A stretch of 63,410 bases of DNA, counting the filler, from an uncultured Methanosarcinales archaeon (GTDB taxonomy: Archaea; Nanobdellota; Nanobdellia; Woesearchaeales; JACPBV01): assembly GCA_964492935.1 (NCBI GenBank). It is 4 parts of 4 records of this genome, joined end to end, with 100 filler letters (N's around TTAATTAATTAA, not from the genome) between each part and the next. Parts side by side here need not be neighbours in the genome. Positions count along the whole stretch, not along the records: positions 38,554 to 57,590 come from CAZBLF010000026.1; 3 more parts are not named here. The stretch is one strand, 5' to 3'. The notes beneath the pieces were generated by a model, which was given only the letters and a program-made list of their open reading frames with translations, was not told the origin of the DNA and ran no database searches. The translations under genes were made by a program, and so were the position numbers. Every line of letters starts with the position of its first letter. Position 1 is the stretch's first letter. Positions 38,555-49,114 of this stretch are shown piece after piece.

Positions 38555-38947
38555 AGTTATTTAGCGTTTATCACTCTGCTAAAGCAGAGTACGGAATTCT
38601 CCTTTAAACTCTACTGGAATTTGGGCAGGATGCTCATATTTGAACCACCTACTGGTCTCGGTGATATTGTTAATCTCCGACCAGAATATACAACTGAGTT
38701 ATCTGGAGCTTTTGATGTTTGTGGACCTCATACTGGAAATGAATTGCTGGCGTTACAAGGTATTGATGGTAAACCCCATCTTAATGATCCTGAAGGTTTA
38801 CTGGGTGACGTTAATTATGACACTATGGAAGCGGGTGTTGAGGCACTGTTACGCTATACTGCAGGAGTACAACCTGTTGATCAGAATCCAAATCCTTCCC
38901 CAGATGATGGGCCAGGAGTTATTGGCAAAGATATATTTGTTCATTAA
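38555..38947 (+). CDS. Hypothetical protein (possibly 5' truncated)
   Basis: Frame is open from the contig edge to TAA at 38947; no recognisable motif. Confidence 0.45.
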   Translation, partial: SYLAFITLLKQSTEFSFKLYWNLGRMLIFEPPTGLGDIVNLRPEYTTELSGAFDVCGPHTGNELLALQGIDGKPHLNDPEGLLGDVNYDTMEAGVEALLRYTAGVQPVDQNPNPSPDDGPGVIGKDIFVH

Positions 38948-38996
38948 CTCAATGATTAGGTAAACCTTTAATAATTCTTACTTGTTCTTTATTTAT

Positions 38997-40217
38997 ATGA
39001 AGATTGTTAGGAGAGAAAGTTTGGTTGTTGATGTAGGTGGTGTTGGCATTGGAGGTGATAATCCTATCCGTGTTCAATCTATGACGAATACTGCTACTTC
39101 GGATGTTGCTGGAACGGTTGCTCAGATTAAATCATTGGTTGATGCTGGTAGCGAGCTTGTTCGGATTACGGTGATGGATGATTCTTTTGCTTCGGCTGTA
39201 GTTGCAATTAAAAAGAAATTGGTGGAGGACGGTTATGATGTTCCTTTAATTGGTGATTTTCACTTTAATGGTCATTTGTTGCTTGATCGTTTTCCTGCGT
39301 GTGCAAAAGCTTTGGATAAATATCGGATTAATCCTGGTAATGTTGGAAAAGGTGAAAAACATGATACTAATTTTAAGTCACTTATTGAGAAGGCTGTTCT
39401 TTATGGGAAGCCTGTTCGGATTGGGGTGAACGCTGGTTCATTGGATCAGTCGGTGTTGATGCGCTTGATGGATGTTAATAGTGCTTTGTCTGAAGTTGAA
39501 CAAAAGGATTCTGAATCGATTCTTGTTGATGCGATGGTGGAAAGTGCATTGGAATCGGCTAAGATGGCTGAATCGTATGGATTGGCTAGCGATAAGATCA
39601 TTTTATCGGCTAAGGTGAGTAATGTTCCTCAATTGATTTCAGCGTATACTCAGCTTGCTGCTGATTGTTCGTATCCCTTGCATGTGGGGTTGACGGAGGC
39701 TGGATTAGGAACTAAAGGTATTGTTGGTTCGGCTGCCGGTATTTCGCATCTTCTTCAGTTAGGGATTGGGGATACGATTCGTGTTTCTTTAACGCCTACT
39801 CCTTCGGGTTCTCGTACTGAGGAGGTTTCGGTTGCACAGCAGATTCTGCAGTCGAATGGTCTTCGTGATTTTATGCCTACGGTGACTTCGTGTCCGGGGT
39901 GTGGTAGGACTACTTCTACTGTCTTTCAGGAGATTGCTCTCGAGATTACCTCTTTTCTTAAGGAACGTACACCGGAATGGAAGAAGAAAGGGTATTCTGG
40001 TTTCGAATCTATGACCGTTGCGGTGATGGGTTGTATTGTGAATGGGCCCGGGGAATCGAAGGAAGCGAATATTGGTTTGTCTTTGCCTGGGGCGGGGGAG
40101 AATCCTACGTCTCCGGTATTTATCGATGGTAAGCAGGTGTGTACGTTGAAAGGTGAAACGCGGATTGATGACTTTAAGCAGATGATTGAGGAGTATGTTG
40201 TTGAACGCTACGGGTAA
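38997..40217 (+). CDS. ispG: HMBPP synthase IspG (MEP pathway)
   Basis: [62 protein letters not shown]. Confidence 0.96.
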   Translation: MKIVRRESLVVDVGGVGIGGDNPIRVQSMTNTATSDVAGTVAQIKSLVDAGSELVRITVMDDSFASAVVAIKKKLVEDGYDVPLIGDFHFNGHLLLDRFPACAKALDKYRINPGNVGKGEKHDTNFKSLIEKAVLYGKPVRIGVNAGSLDQSVLMRLMDVNSALSEVEQKDSESILVDAMVESALESAKMAESYGLASDKIILSAKVSNVPQLISAYTQLAADCSYPLHVGLTEAGLGTKGIVGSAAGISHLLQLGIGDTIRVSLTPTPSGSRTEEVSVAQQILQSNGLRDFMPTVTSCPGCGRTTSTVFQEIALEITSFLKERTPEWKKKGYSGFESMTVAVMGCIVNGPGESKEANIGLSLPGAGENPTSPVFIDGKQVCTLKGETRIDDFKQMIEEYVVERYG

Positions 40218-40249
40218 TCTTTTTATAGTGTTGTAGAGTTGTTCTTTGT

Positions 40250-40789
40250 ATGGAGGGGGAATTTCGTAAGCTACTTGAGTTGATTGGAGAGGATGGCAAT
40301 CGAGAGGGATTGAAGGATACTCCGTTGCGTGCTGCTAACGCTTTTAAGTTTTTGACTTCTGGTTATGGTAAGGATATTCGTACGGTTGCGAATGGTGCGT
40401 TATTTGAATCTGATAACGATGAGATGGTTATTGTAAAAGATATTGAGTTTTATTCGTTGTGTGAACATCATATGTTGCCGTTTTTTGGTAGGGCGCATGT
40501 TGGTTACATTCCTAAGGGTAAGATGATTGGTTTGTCTAAGATTCCGCGCTTAGTTGATATGTTCGCTCAGCGGTTGCAGACTCAGGAGCGGATGACGAAA
40601 CAAATTGCGGATGCTCTTTATGAGTTGACTCGCGGCTATGGGGTTGGTGTTGTGGTTGAAGGTCAACACCTGTGTATGAAGATGCGCGGTGTTAAAAAAC
40701 AGGGTTCGTCTATGAAAACTTCTGCGATGTTGGGTACGTTTAGATCGCTTGCTGAAACTAGAAATGAATTCTTGAGTTTGATTCAGTGA
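40250..40789 (+). CDS. folE: GTP cyclohydrolase I (FolE type)
   Basis: [30 protein letters not shown]. Confidence 0.95.
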   Translation: MEGEFRKLLELIGEDGNREGLKDTPLRAANAFKFLTSGYGKDIRTVANGALFESDNDEMVIVKDIEFYSLCEHHMLPFFGRAHVGYIPKGKMIGLSKIPRLVDMFAQRLQTQERMTKQIADALYELTRGYGVGVVVEGQHLCMKMRGVKKQGSSMKTSAMLGTFRSLAETRNEFLSLIQ

Positions 40790-41997
40790 TTTTGGTGGAA
40801 GTCTATTTCCTTGGTGTTTTCATCTACTTTTGCTCTCTCTTCTAAGTCTTTGAACATTTTTCTTTGTTCTTCTGGAGAGACTCCCATTTTATCTGCTCGT
40901 AATTTGTAGTGTTCAATCGTGCCTTTTCCTGAAATGCCTAGCAGGTTGATGGGTGTTTTCTTTAGATAGTCGTTTGTGGTGAATGGTTTTTTGGAATTTA
41001 CTAGCTTGTCGTATTTCTCGAAATCTATCCAGGTGTGCCATTCTCCGTTGATATTGAATTTCTTCTTTGCTAACATGACGACTCTGGAAGGGATGTGCTC
41101 GGAGACGATTTCGTATTCGTCTAGGTGTTTAACTAGCTGTTTGGTGAAGGTGATTACTTCTTCGTGCATGGGCATGTTGGATTTTTCTAGTCTCTTTACT
41201 GATGCGCCGATCCACATGTAGGCTTTTGCCTCTATGAAGTCGGGATCGCCGCGCTTAATCATTTTTGCATATTCTTCTGGGTCTTGCATATTGAGGTCTT
41301 TGATTAACGTTAGACGGATGCAGGTTCGCTGTTGCTTTTTTGCTAGATGGTCTAGGGATTGGTTTAATCTTTCCCAGTAGTCGTCGAAGAGCGGTAGATC
41401 GATTTCTTTGAGGAGTTTCTTATTGGGAGCGTCTAGGGAGATGTAGAGTTGTGTAGTTGGAGCTAGATCTCTTACTTGTTCGGGATATTGTGCGTTAGTG
41501 ACTAGGAACGTTGAAATTCCTTTTTTGTTGAATTCTTTAATTGCTTCGTTGATTTTGGGATACATTATTGGCTCGCCGGTTAAGCTGAGAGCTACGTGTT
41601 TTACTTGCCTTGATTTTTCGTATACGGGTTTTGAGGCTGATTTGCTGCCTTTGAATCCTACAAGCAGATCGTGGTGTGCTTGTATTGATTCATCTACGAT
41701 GAACTCTGGCTCGTCTTGTTTCCAGGTCCATTCTTTTGCTACTGGTGATTTGTAGCCGCGCCAGCAAAAACTGCATCTGTTTGCGCAGCTGATAGAGGTG
41801 GTCATTTGGAGACATTGATTGGACATGATGCCGTAGAATTTGAGTTTGTAGCAGCCTCCTTCGCCACGAATCATGTTTTTGGTCCAGCCGCAGGGCTTGA
41901 CTGCGGAATGGGAGCCGATGATTCGATAATGTTGCTTGGTGAGGTTGTTTTTAGCAGAATCGGTGAGTTGTTTCTTTTCTTTGTTGATCTCTGGCAT
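40783..41997 (-). CDS. taw1: 4-demethylwyosine synthase (radical SAM)
   Basis: [37 protein letters not shown]. Confidence 0.93.
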   Translation of the reverse strand: MPEINKEKKQLTDSAKNNLTKQHYRIIGSHSAVKPCGWTKNMIRGEGGCYKLKFYGIMSNQCLQMTTSISCANRCSFCWRGYKSPVAKEWTWKQDEPEFIVDESIQAHHDLLVGFKGSKSASKPVYEKSRQVKHVALSLTGEPIMYPKINEAIKEFNKKGISTFLVTNAQYPEQVRDLAPTTQLYISLDAPNKKLLKEIDLPLFDDYWERLNQSLDHLAKKQQRTCIRLTLIKDLNMQDPEEYAKMIKRGDPDFIEAKAYMWIGASVKRLEKSNMPMHEEVITFTKQLVKHLDEYEIVSEHIPSRVVMLAKKKFNINGEWHTWIDFEKYDKLVNSKKPFTTNDYLKKTPINLLGISGKGTIEHYKLRADKMGVSPEEQRKMFKDLEERAKVDENTKEIDFHQNH

Positions 41998-42067
41998 GGT
42001 GTAAGTAGTTGGAAAATCGGTTAAAAAGGTTTTGGATTCCGAAAGCTTTTAGAATGGATACTGAACA

Positions 42068-42553
42068 TTGATGCCTATGGAAATGTTGTTGCATATCGTT
42101 AATATAGAGGAGGGTAGTTCGCCGATTGAGATTCCTTTGACGGATGAACCCATCTACATTGGACGTATTAGTGAAGGAGATGAGATGAGATTTGTAAAAG
42201 GTAAGCAAGATATATCTTCTAGGTTGGGTTTTCCAGACTTATCTATTTCCCGAGATCATGGTGAATTACGATACAATGGTGCTACCAAAACGCTGGAATA
42301 TATTGATCATGAGAGTAAGAATGGGGCTGTTTTGACTGAGCGAGTGGACATGGGAATGATTCGGAGACGAGTCGGGAAAAGATGGAATTCGCAAGGAAAG
42401 TTTATTAATCCCGATGATCCAAGTATTACTGATAGGGGGCCGTGTCTCAAAGCCTCCATCTCGCTTGGGGAAGAACTCGGTTTGGGAAAGTATGGCGGGC
42501 ACTATGGTGAGCATTATGCTCTTACATTAGGAATGAGGGTAACGGGTTCATAA
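42068..42553 (+). CDS. FHA-domain protein
   Basis: IGR, SISRDH, D..SKNG. Confidence 0.75.
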   Translation: MMPMEMLLHIVNIEEGSSPIEIPLTDEPIYIGRISEGDEMRFVKGKQDISSRLGFPDLSISRDHGELRYNGATKTLEYIDHESKNGAVLTERVDMGMIRRRVGKRWNSQGKFINPDDPSITDRGPCLKASISLGEELGLGKYGGHYGEHYALTLGMRVTGS

Positions 42554-43827
42554 TGTCGAAGGTACATGTGATTACTCAGGGTTGTACTGCTAATCAGGCG
42601 GATAGCGAGATTATGCAGGGTCTGTTGTTGAAGCAGGGTCATTCTCTCGTTGGAGAGGATGAGGCGGATGCGATTGTGTATAATTCTTGCTCGGTGAAAG
42701 GTCCTACCATTACTGCTTTCAAGAAGAAGTTGAAGTCGTTGCGGGATGCGGGTAAGAAGGTGATTGTTGCTGGGTGTATTCCGCAAAGTAATAAGGGGAT
42801 GGGGGAACTTTCTGGACATTCTTTATTGGGAACGGATCAGGTTGATAAGATTGGGGATGTTGTTGATGGAACGCTTTCTGGTCAGGTCGTTTCGCATCTG
42901 GAGAAGTCAGACTTGGTTCGGATTAACTTGCCTTCGGTGCGCTCGGTCAGTTTTATTGAGGCGGTTCCTATACTCCAGGGTTGTTTATCCTCTTGTACAT
43001 TTTGTAAGACGAAGCATGCTCGTGGAAATGCGTTTTCGTATCCTATGAATGATATTGTTCGTAAGATAAGTTCTTCTGTAAAGGAAGGTGTTAAAGAAAT
43101 TTGGTTGACGTCGCAGGATAATTCGGTGTATGGTTTTGAGAATGGGACTAATTTGGCGGAGTTATTGGTTGCAATTGATTCTATTGATCGTGATTTTAAA
43201 GTTCGGGTGGGGATGGCTAATCCTAAGCATATGTTGCCTTATTTGCCTGCTTTAATTTCTGCATTTAAACTAGATTCAGTGTACAAGTTCTTACATCTGC
43301 CGTTGCAGGCGGGTTCTGATCGCGTGTTGGAGGAGATGAAGCGAGGGTATACGGTTAAGGAATTTATGTCGATTGTTGATGCGTTTCGTAAGGAGATTCC
43401 TTCGATATCGATTTCTACCGACATTATTTGTGGGTTTCCTACTGAAAGTGATGCTGATTTTGAGGAGACGCTTTCGGTTGTTAAGGAGATGCGTCCTGAT
43501 ACGATTAACATATCTCGGTTCTGGCCGATGGAGGGTACTCCTGCTAAGCGGATGAAACAGATTGAGGGTGGCGTGATTAAGGAGCGTACTCGAAGGATGA
43601 CTGAGTTGTTTCATTCTGTTGCTTTGGATAGAAATAAAGAGTGGATTGGTTGGTCTGGCAAGGTGTTTATTGACGAGGAAGGTACACCTGGTTCGTGGAA
43701 AGGTCGCAACTATGCGTACAAGCAGGTGGTTGTTAGAAGCTCGGAGAATTTGTTGGGGAAGTCGATCTCGGTGAAGGTTATTGATGCGAGTTCTTTTGAT
43801 GTTAAGGCGGAAATCGTTTCTGAATAG
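42553..43827 (+). CDS. mtaB: tRNA methylthiotransferase (archaeal MtaB/CDKAL1-like)
   Basis: GCTANQAD, CSVK, GC.PQ, CLSSCTFCKT, C-terminal TRAM domain. Confidence 0.88.
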   Translation: MSKVHVITQGCTANQADSEIMQGLLLKQGHSLVGEDEADAIVYNSCSVKGPTITAFKKKLKSLRDAGKKVIVAGCIPQSNKGMGELSGHSLLGTDQVDKIGDVVDGTLSGQVVSHLEKSDLVRINLPSVRSVSFIEAVPILQGCLSSCTFCKTKHARGNAFSYPMNDIVRKISSSVKEGVKEIWLTSQDNSVYGFENGTNLAELLVAIDSIDRDFKVRVGMANPKHMLPYLPALISAFKLDSVYKFLHLPLQAGSDRVLEEMKRGYTVKEFMSIVDAFRKEIPSISISTDIICGFPTESDADFEETLSVVKEMRPDTINISRFWPMEGTPAKRMKQIEGGVIKERTRRMTELFHSVALDRNKEWIGWSGKVFIDEEGTPGSWKGRNYAYKQVVVRSSENLLGKSISVKVIDASSFDVKAEIVSE

Positions 43828-43862
43828 TTATCTTTTTATATAAATTATATCTCTCTGTGTGT

Positions 43863-44858
43863 ATGAAGAATCCTCCTAAGTATTTTGAGCATGCTGTAGG
43901 ATACATGCGTAAGCTCTATAGTGAGGTTCAGGATCGGAAAGGAGATGTGCCTATTGTTGTAGATGGATTTAGACAGAATCTTTCTCTGAAAAATGGCCTG
44001 AAGTTGTCCCAGGATAGAGAAACGCGCCGGGCGATCAATAGTGCTATATTTGAAGAGATGGCGGATCCTTATGCCTCTGCAGAATTTTCAGTGTCTGATT
44101 ACGATCCTGAGTTAGATCAGTACAAAGATCCTGAGCAGCTCAGTACCGATCAAGTTGCTCGGTACTCCTTCGCCACCGATTCCGTTACTCTTGGATTGAA
44201 TCAGCTCGTTCGTTTTTATCAGGTGTTGTCAGATGGAAGGGGTGATCTCGCTCATCGTCCGAGAGAACTTATTGCAATCAAACGTACCCCGGTTATTGAA
44301 GACATTGCTCAAAACAGCAAGGATGGCTTGTACCGTCTCGAGGATGAGAGCTCATTAAGTCGCTATCTTGGAAGTCTCTTTTATCCTGAAGCGATTATGG
44401 AGTCTTGTGCGCTGTGAGATTTTGGAGATACACCCCTGTTTGCCAAATATCATGCATCGGTTCGTGAGGATGCTGTCGATTATCTACACTCTTTTGGAGA
44501 ATCTCCCCCTGTGAATGAGATGGAACTTTTTCCGTTGGAGAACGAGAATATTGCTAAGCTAGAAGAATTTATTTCGTCTAGAGCTGTTGATAGATTTATG
44601 TCTCTGGTTTCTGAAACAGTAGGGTTGCAGTTTAGATATAAGCGCCTCATCACGCTGGGTCGAGGAGATCATATTGATCCGCTCGATACTCATGTTGTGG
44701 ATTGGCTCCTGGGATATTCCTCGGTTAACGGCCATGACACATTGATGCCCTATGCGAAGAATAAAATCTTTGAGGGAACCCACCATGGTGCCTCTGTCCT
44801 CCATAATTTTCCTCAGGGCGATTGGCCATTAATTACTGCACTGACTGAAGAAGCGTAA
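43863..44858 (+). pseudogene. Hypothetical gene split by one in-frame TGA (44415-44417)
   Basis: ORFs 43857-44417 and 44511-44858 share a frame with no other stop between them. Confidence 0.55.
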
Positions 44859-44889
44859 CCATTAAATAATTCTTTTAGTTGCTCATTTT

Positions 44890-45762
44890 ATGGAAGCTTA
44901 CCTGTCAATTGTTAGGGATATTCTGGAGAATGGAATTGTAAAGGAGAATCGGACTGGCGTTAAGGCTAGAACGATCGCTGGTGCGATGTTTTCTCATGAT
45001 ATGTCTACTGGATTTCCATTATTGACTACTAAGAAAGTTCCGTTTCGGAATATTAAGTCGGAATTGGAGTTTTTTATTCGAGGGATAACGGATAAACAGT
45101 GGTTGCAGGATCGGAAGAATCCTATCTGGAACGAGTGGGCGAATCCTGCTAAGGCTGCATATGGGCATTCTGATGAGGCTAAGGCCGCGATGGAGAAGGA
45201 GCGTGATTTAGGGGCGGTGTACGGCTTTCAATGGAGGCATTTTGGTGCTTCGTATGACAACTATGATACTGATTACTCCGGGAAAGGTGTTGATCAATTG
45301 CAGAATGTTGTGGATTTGTTGAAGGATGATCCTTCATCTCGACGTATGATTGTTAATTCTTGGAATCCTACTGTTATGTCTCAAATGGCATTGCCGCCTT
45401 GCCACTATTGCTTTCAGGTTACGGTGATTGATGGTAAATTGAATTTGTTATGGAATCAGCGTTCGGTTGATACTATGCTGGGGTTGCCGTTTAACATTGC
45501 TTCGTATGGGTTGTTATTGCATCTGCTTGCTAAAGAGGCTGGGTTGAAAGAGGGTAAGTTAGTTGGGTTCTTAGGAGATGTGCATATCTATGAAAATCAT
45601 GTTGCTGGTGCTGAAGAACAGCTTAGTCGGGATGTTACTCGTTTTACGTTGCCTAGGCTTACGACAGATCCTTTTACTTCTATTTTCTCCTGGAAAGCTG
45701 AGGATTCTACGGTTGAAGGGTACGAGAGTTTTGAGAGAATTAAGTTTGATATTGCTGTCTGA
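44890..45762 (+). CDS. thyA: Thymidylate synthase
   Basis: RTG, GFPLLTTKK, YGFQWR, SRR, ALPPCH, QRSVD..LGLPFN. Confidence 0.96.
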   Translation: MEAYLSIVRDILENGIVKENRTGVKARTIAGAMFSHDMSTGFPLLTTKKVPFRNIKSELEFFIRGITDKQWLQDRKNPIWNEWANPAKAAYGHSDEAKAAMEKERDLGAVYGFQWRHFGASYDNYDTDYSGKGVDQLQNVVDLLKDDPSSRRMIVNSWNPTVMSQMALPPCHYCFQVTVIDGKLNLLWNQRSVDTMLGLPFNIASYGLLLHLLAKEAGLKEGKLVGFLGDVHIYENHVAGAEEQLSRDVTRFTLPRLTTDPFTSIFSWKAEDSTVEGYESFERIKFDIAV

Positions 45763-45821
45763 TTCTCTACCTGAACATACTCTTCTGTTTGTAGCTCGGT
45801 TTTACTTCGTAAAGCGATACC

Positions 45822-45850
45822 TTTATAACTATAGTCATAATTATAGTATT
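45822..45850 (+). promoter_or_regulatory. vapBC TATA box with overlapping operator-like repeats
   Basis: TTTATAA overlapped by ATAACTATAGTCAT and ATAATTATAGTATT (12 nt period, near-palindromic). Confidence 0.5.
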
Positions 45851-46045
45851 ATGGCAACTACCATACAGGTCTCTGACACGACCAAGCAGCTTTTGGAAAC
45901 GTATAAAGAGGAAAAGCAGGCGTCATCCTACGATGAAGTCATCCATTCCCTCATGGAGAAAAAGCTCAACATTCCAAAATCTATGTTTGGATCGGCAAAA
46001 GGTCTCAGAAAGGGATTTGTGAGAGATCGTAAGGAAAGAATATGA
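45851..46045 (+). CDS. vapB: VapB-type antitoxin
   Basis: MATTIQVS...SSYDEVI..L; overlaps the vapC start (ATGA). Confidence 0.8.
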   Translation: MATTIQVSDTTKQLLETYKEEKQASSYDEVIHSLMEKKLNIPKSMFGSAKGLRKGFVRDRKERI

Positions 46046-46452
46046 ACATTGTCTTCGATACCTATGCGTGGATTGAGTACTTCGAGGGTAGTGCTGCAGG
46101 TGAGGCTGTAGAGCGCTATATTGAAAGCGAGCACTATGCCATCACTACACCTTCAATCGTCCTGGCTGAGCTCTCTGATGCCCATGTTCAAGGAAAAGTG
46201 CAAATGCCTTGGGAAGATATTCTTATTTTTATTAGGTCCCATTCTGAATGTTTGGATCTCGGAGAGGAGATTGCAACAAAAGCTGGACCTCTTAAAAAAA
46301 AGCTACGGATGAAATCTCAAGGAGTAGGCCTTATTGATGCCATTATTCTCGCAACTACAGCTTATTTAGGTGGAACACTTTTAACGGGGGATCCGCATTT
46401 AACTGGAGAAGAGGGTGTTATTGATTTGTCAACGCTAAGAAAGCAAGACTGA
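46042..46452 (+). CDS. vapC: VapC PIN-domain toxin
   Basis: FDTYAWIEY, VLAEL, DAIILAT, LLTGD.H. Confidence 0.88.
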   Translation: MNIVFDTYAWIEYFEGSAAGEAVERYIESEHYAITTPSIVLAELSDAHVQGKVQMPWEDILIFIRSHSECLDLGEEIATKAGPLKKKLRMKSQGVGLIDAIILATTAYLGGTLLTGDPHLTGEEGVIDLSTLRKQD

Positions 46453-46463
46453 AGTGAAAAAGA

Positions 46464-47564
46464 TTAACTTTTCTCAAACAACTTTTCGTATCCTTCATAT
46501 CCTTCTTTTTTTAATTCTTCTTTCGGAATGAACTTTAAGGCGGCTGAATTCATGCACCATCTTTGACCGGTCGGTTCTGGTCCGTCGGGAAAGACGTGGC
46601 CGAGATGGGAGTCTGCATTTTTTGATCTTACTTCTGTTCTTGTTGCTAATAGTTTTTTATCGGTTCTTGTTACAATATTGCTGTTTTCTAAGGGTTTCGT
46701 GAAGGATGGCCAGCCGGTGCCGGAGACGTATTTGTCTTGAGAGCTGAATAAGGGTTCTCCCGATACTAGATCAACGTAAATGCCTTCCTTATTATCCCAG
46801 TATTCATTTTTGAAGGCGCGTTCTGTTCCGTCTTTTTGAGTTATCTTGTATTGTTCTGGTGTTAAGGTGTTGCGTAATTCTTCATCGCTTGGTTTTTTGA
46901 ATTTCATTGGTAGGAGTGCTTCCTTTACCCTTTTTATGGTTTCTGCGTCCCAGATGGTTTCTAGGTATTGATCTCGTCCGGAACCTTTTCGGTATACTTT
47001 GTAGCGTACTGGATTTTTTACGTGGTAGTCTTGGTGGTAGTCTTCTGCTTTGTAGAATGTTTTGAATGGGGTGATTTCTGTTACGATGGGCGCGCTGAAG
47101 ATGCCTAATTCGTCTAGTTGATCTCTCGTTGTTTCTGCTGTCTTTTGTTCTTCTTCGTTTTTGTAGAAAATTGCTGAGCGGTATTGATTGCCGCGATCTA
47201 CGAATGAACCCTCTGCATCTGTGGGGTTAATTTGCTGCCAGAAGACTACTAGAAGTTCTCCATAGGAGACTTCTTTCGGGTTGTAGGAGACTTCAACGGT
47301 TTCTGTGTGTTGTGTTGCTCCTGAAGCTACTTGTTTGTATTCAGGGTTAGCTACTTCGCCTCCTGAAAATCCTGAAATGACTTCGTGGACGCCTGGAACT
47401 TCTTCAAAGGCAGATTCTACGCACCAGAAGCAGCCGCCTGCGAAATATGCTTTCTCTAACGATGGTTTTGGCATGCCTGGATGTTCTCCGGGAAGCTGAA
47501 TCATCTCTTGGCTTTGGCAACTTACTAAGAGTATTGCTAGGGCAAGTAGGATGTAATGCTTCAT
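46464..47564 (-). CDS. msrAB: Methionine sulfoxide reductase MsrA/MsrB fusion with lipoprotein-like signal
   Basis: [38 protein letters not shown]-terminal LLVSC. Confidence 0.95.
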   Translation of the reverse strand: MKHYILLALAILLVSCQSQEMIQLPGEHPGMPKPSLEKAYFAGGCFWCVESAFEEVPGVHEVISGFSGGEVANPEYKQVASGATQHTETVEVSYNPKEVSYGELLVVFWQQINPTDAEGSFVDRGNQYRSAIFYKNEEEQKTAETTRDQLDELGIFSAPIVTEITPFKTFYKAEDYHQDYHVKNPVRYKVYRKGSGRDQYLETIWDAETIKRVKEALLPMKFKKPSDEELRNTLTPEQYKITQKDGTERAFKNEYWDNKEGIYVDLVSGEPLFSSQDKYVSGTGWPSFTKPLENSNIVTRTDKKLLATRTEVRSKNADSHLGHVFPDGPEPTGQRWCMNSAALKFIPKEELKKEGYEGYEKLFEKS

Positions 47565-47641
47565 GCATTAATTTTACACTTTGAGTATTTAACGTTTATG
47601 TAAAAGATAGGTATTTATAGCTCAGGTTATTCTGTTTAGTT

Positions 47642-48103
47642 ATGATAGCAATTATATCTGCGATGACGAAGGATAACGTTATTGGTAAGGATGGTGGATT
47701 GCCGTGGAAGATTAAGGAGGAGATGCTGCATTTTATGCATACTACGTTAGGAAATACGGTTATCATGGGCCGTACTTCTTTTGATTCTTTGAAGAAACCT
47801 CTTCGCGATAGAAATAATATTGTGTTGACGTCTCAGGATATTTCAATGGATGGGGTGGATGTTGTGCATGATGTTGAGTCGGCTTTGTCGAAAGCTAAGT
47901 CGTATGGTAAAGATATTTATGTTACGGGTGGTTCGGTTGTCTATAGACAGTTCTTGCCGTTGGTTGATACTTTAATTATTTCCTACATTAAGAAGTTTTA
48001 TTCTGGTGATACGTATTTTCCTGATTTTGATGAAAGTGAATGGGAAGTTGAGAAAAAAGAAGAGCATGATGAGTTTGATATTGTTTGGTATACAAGAAAG
48101 TAG
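47642..48103 (+). CDS. folA: Dihydrofolate reductase
   Basis: VIG..GGLPW, IMGR.SF.S, PL..R.NIVL, TGG, GDTYFP. Confidence 0.93.
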   Translation: MIAIISAMTKDNVIGKDGGLPWKIKEEMLHFMHTTLGNTVIMGRTSFDSLKKPLRDRNNIVLTSQDISMDGVDVVHDVESALSKAKSYGKDIYVTGGSVVYRQFLPLVDTLIISYIKKFYSGDTYFPDFDESEWEVEKKEEHDEFDIVWYTRK

Positions 48104-48156
48104 TTATTTATTGTAATATGAGTAGTATTTTTAAATGAAAATGCGTTCTTCAGTGT

Positions 48157-49106
48157 ATGTATCACGTAATGCTAAACATTGCACCGGATAATGGTGCTGC
48201 CTACAAAAGGCTTTATGTATCAGAATTAGAACCTTCTGACATGCTCACTTTGGCAGGTTGTGAAGTTGAGGGGGTTGTTACGTTGGAGGCCCATAAGGAT
48301 GTTGGGGAAGGCATGGTCATACAGGAAGCTAGTAGATTGAAAGCATTGTACCCTAAGTCTCAGGAAGCTACTTCTTTTCGCCCCAGGATTACTCCTGAGG
48401 GGAAATACGCTTTTACGGACTATCAAGGGGATGACTTGCTCCTTGCAAGACGAATAGTCCAGGATGAGGAACTTGAAATTGATGGAGAGACAATGGATGA
48501 TTCTAGTCCGGTGTCGTTTGCACTAGCTAAGCATGGGGGGATGAATTACTTCTTTTTAGATCACCTACTGAAGCGGGTTTGGAAGCATTATTGGAAACGG
48601 AGAAAAAACAAAAAGGCCCCTTTCTTACTGTGCTTGCACAATATCGTAATATTCCTCCGGAACAGGAAGTATATCTTCACTGTGTAATGGAGATTGGTTC
48701 CAGAGGACTAGATTTGCCCCTGGATAGAATTTTGGAAATGGGTCAGTCCATTTCTGCTGCTAGTAACTATATCTCTGCTTCAGGAATAGAATTGGATGAT
48801 TCGGATGTAGGAGGATATGTGTTTAGTCTCATTGAGATGGCTAATGTCTGGGAGCGTCGTAAGGGCTGGATATATTCATTAGGTGGCGAGAAGATACCTG
48901 GTGCTGGAAGACGTCAGAGAGAGTTAAGTGATGGGGAGAAAAAATTAGCATATCGATATGCAGCCCACTCCTTTAATGAGGCGAGTCTTAGAATTTCAGA
49001 GATTAGAAATCAGACTGCTGAAATTTCGCTGACACCTGAAGACTTTCGACATATGGTATCTGAGTCAGTAAAAGCGGCTCTTGATGAACTTCATGATCCG
49101 TTTTGA
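48157..49106 (+). pseudogene. Hypothetical gene frameshifted at the G6 run 48535-48540
   Basis: The second frame opens at 48531; one extra G gives KHGGDELLLFRSPTEAGLEALL. Confidence 0.6.
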
Positions 49107-49114
49107 GGGTTTGA

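Noticed and set aside
45578..45850. Long 155 aa version of the antitoxin ORF
   Set aside because: It overlaps thyA out of frame; the real start is ATG 45851 after the TATA box.
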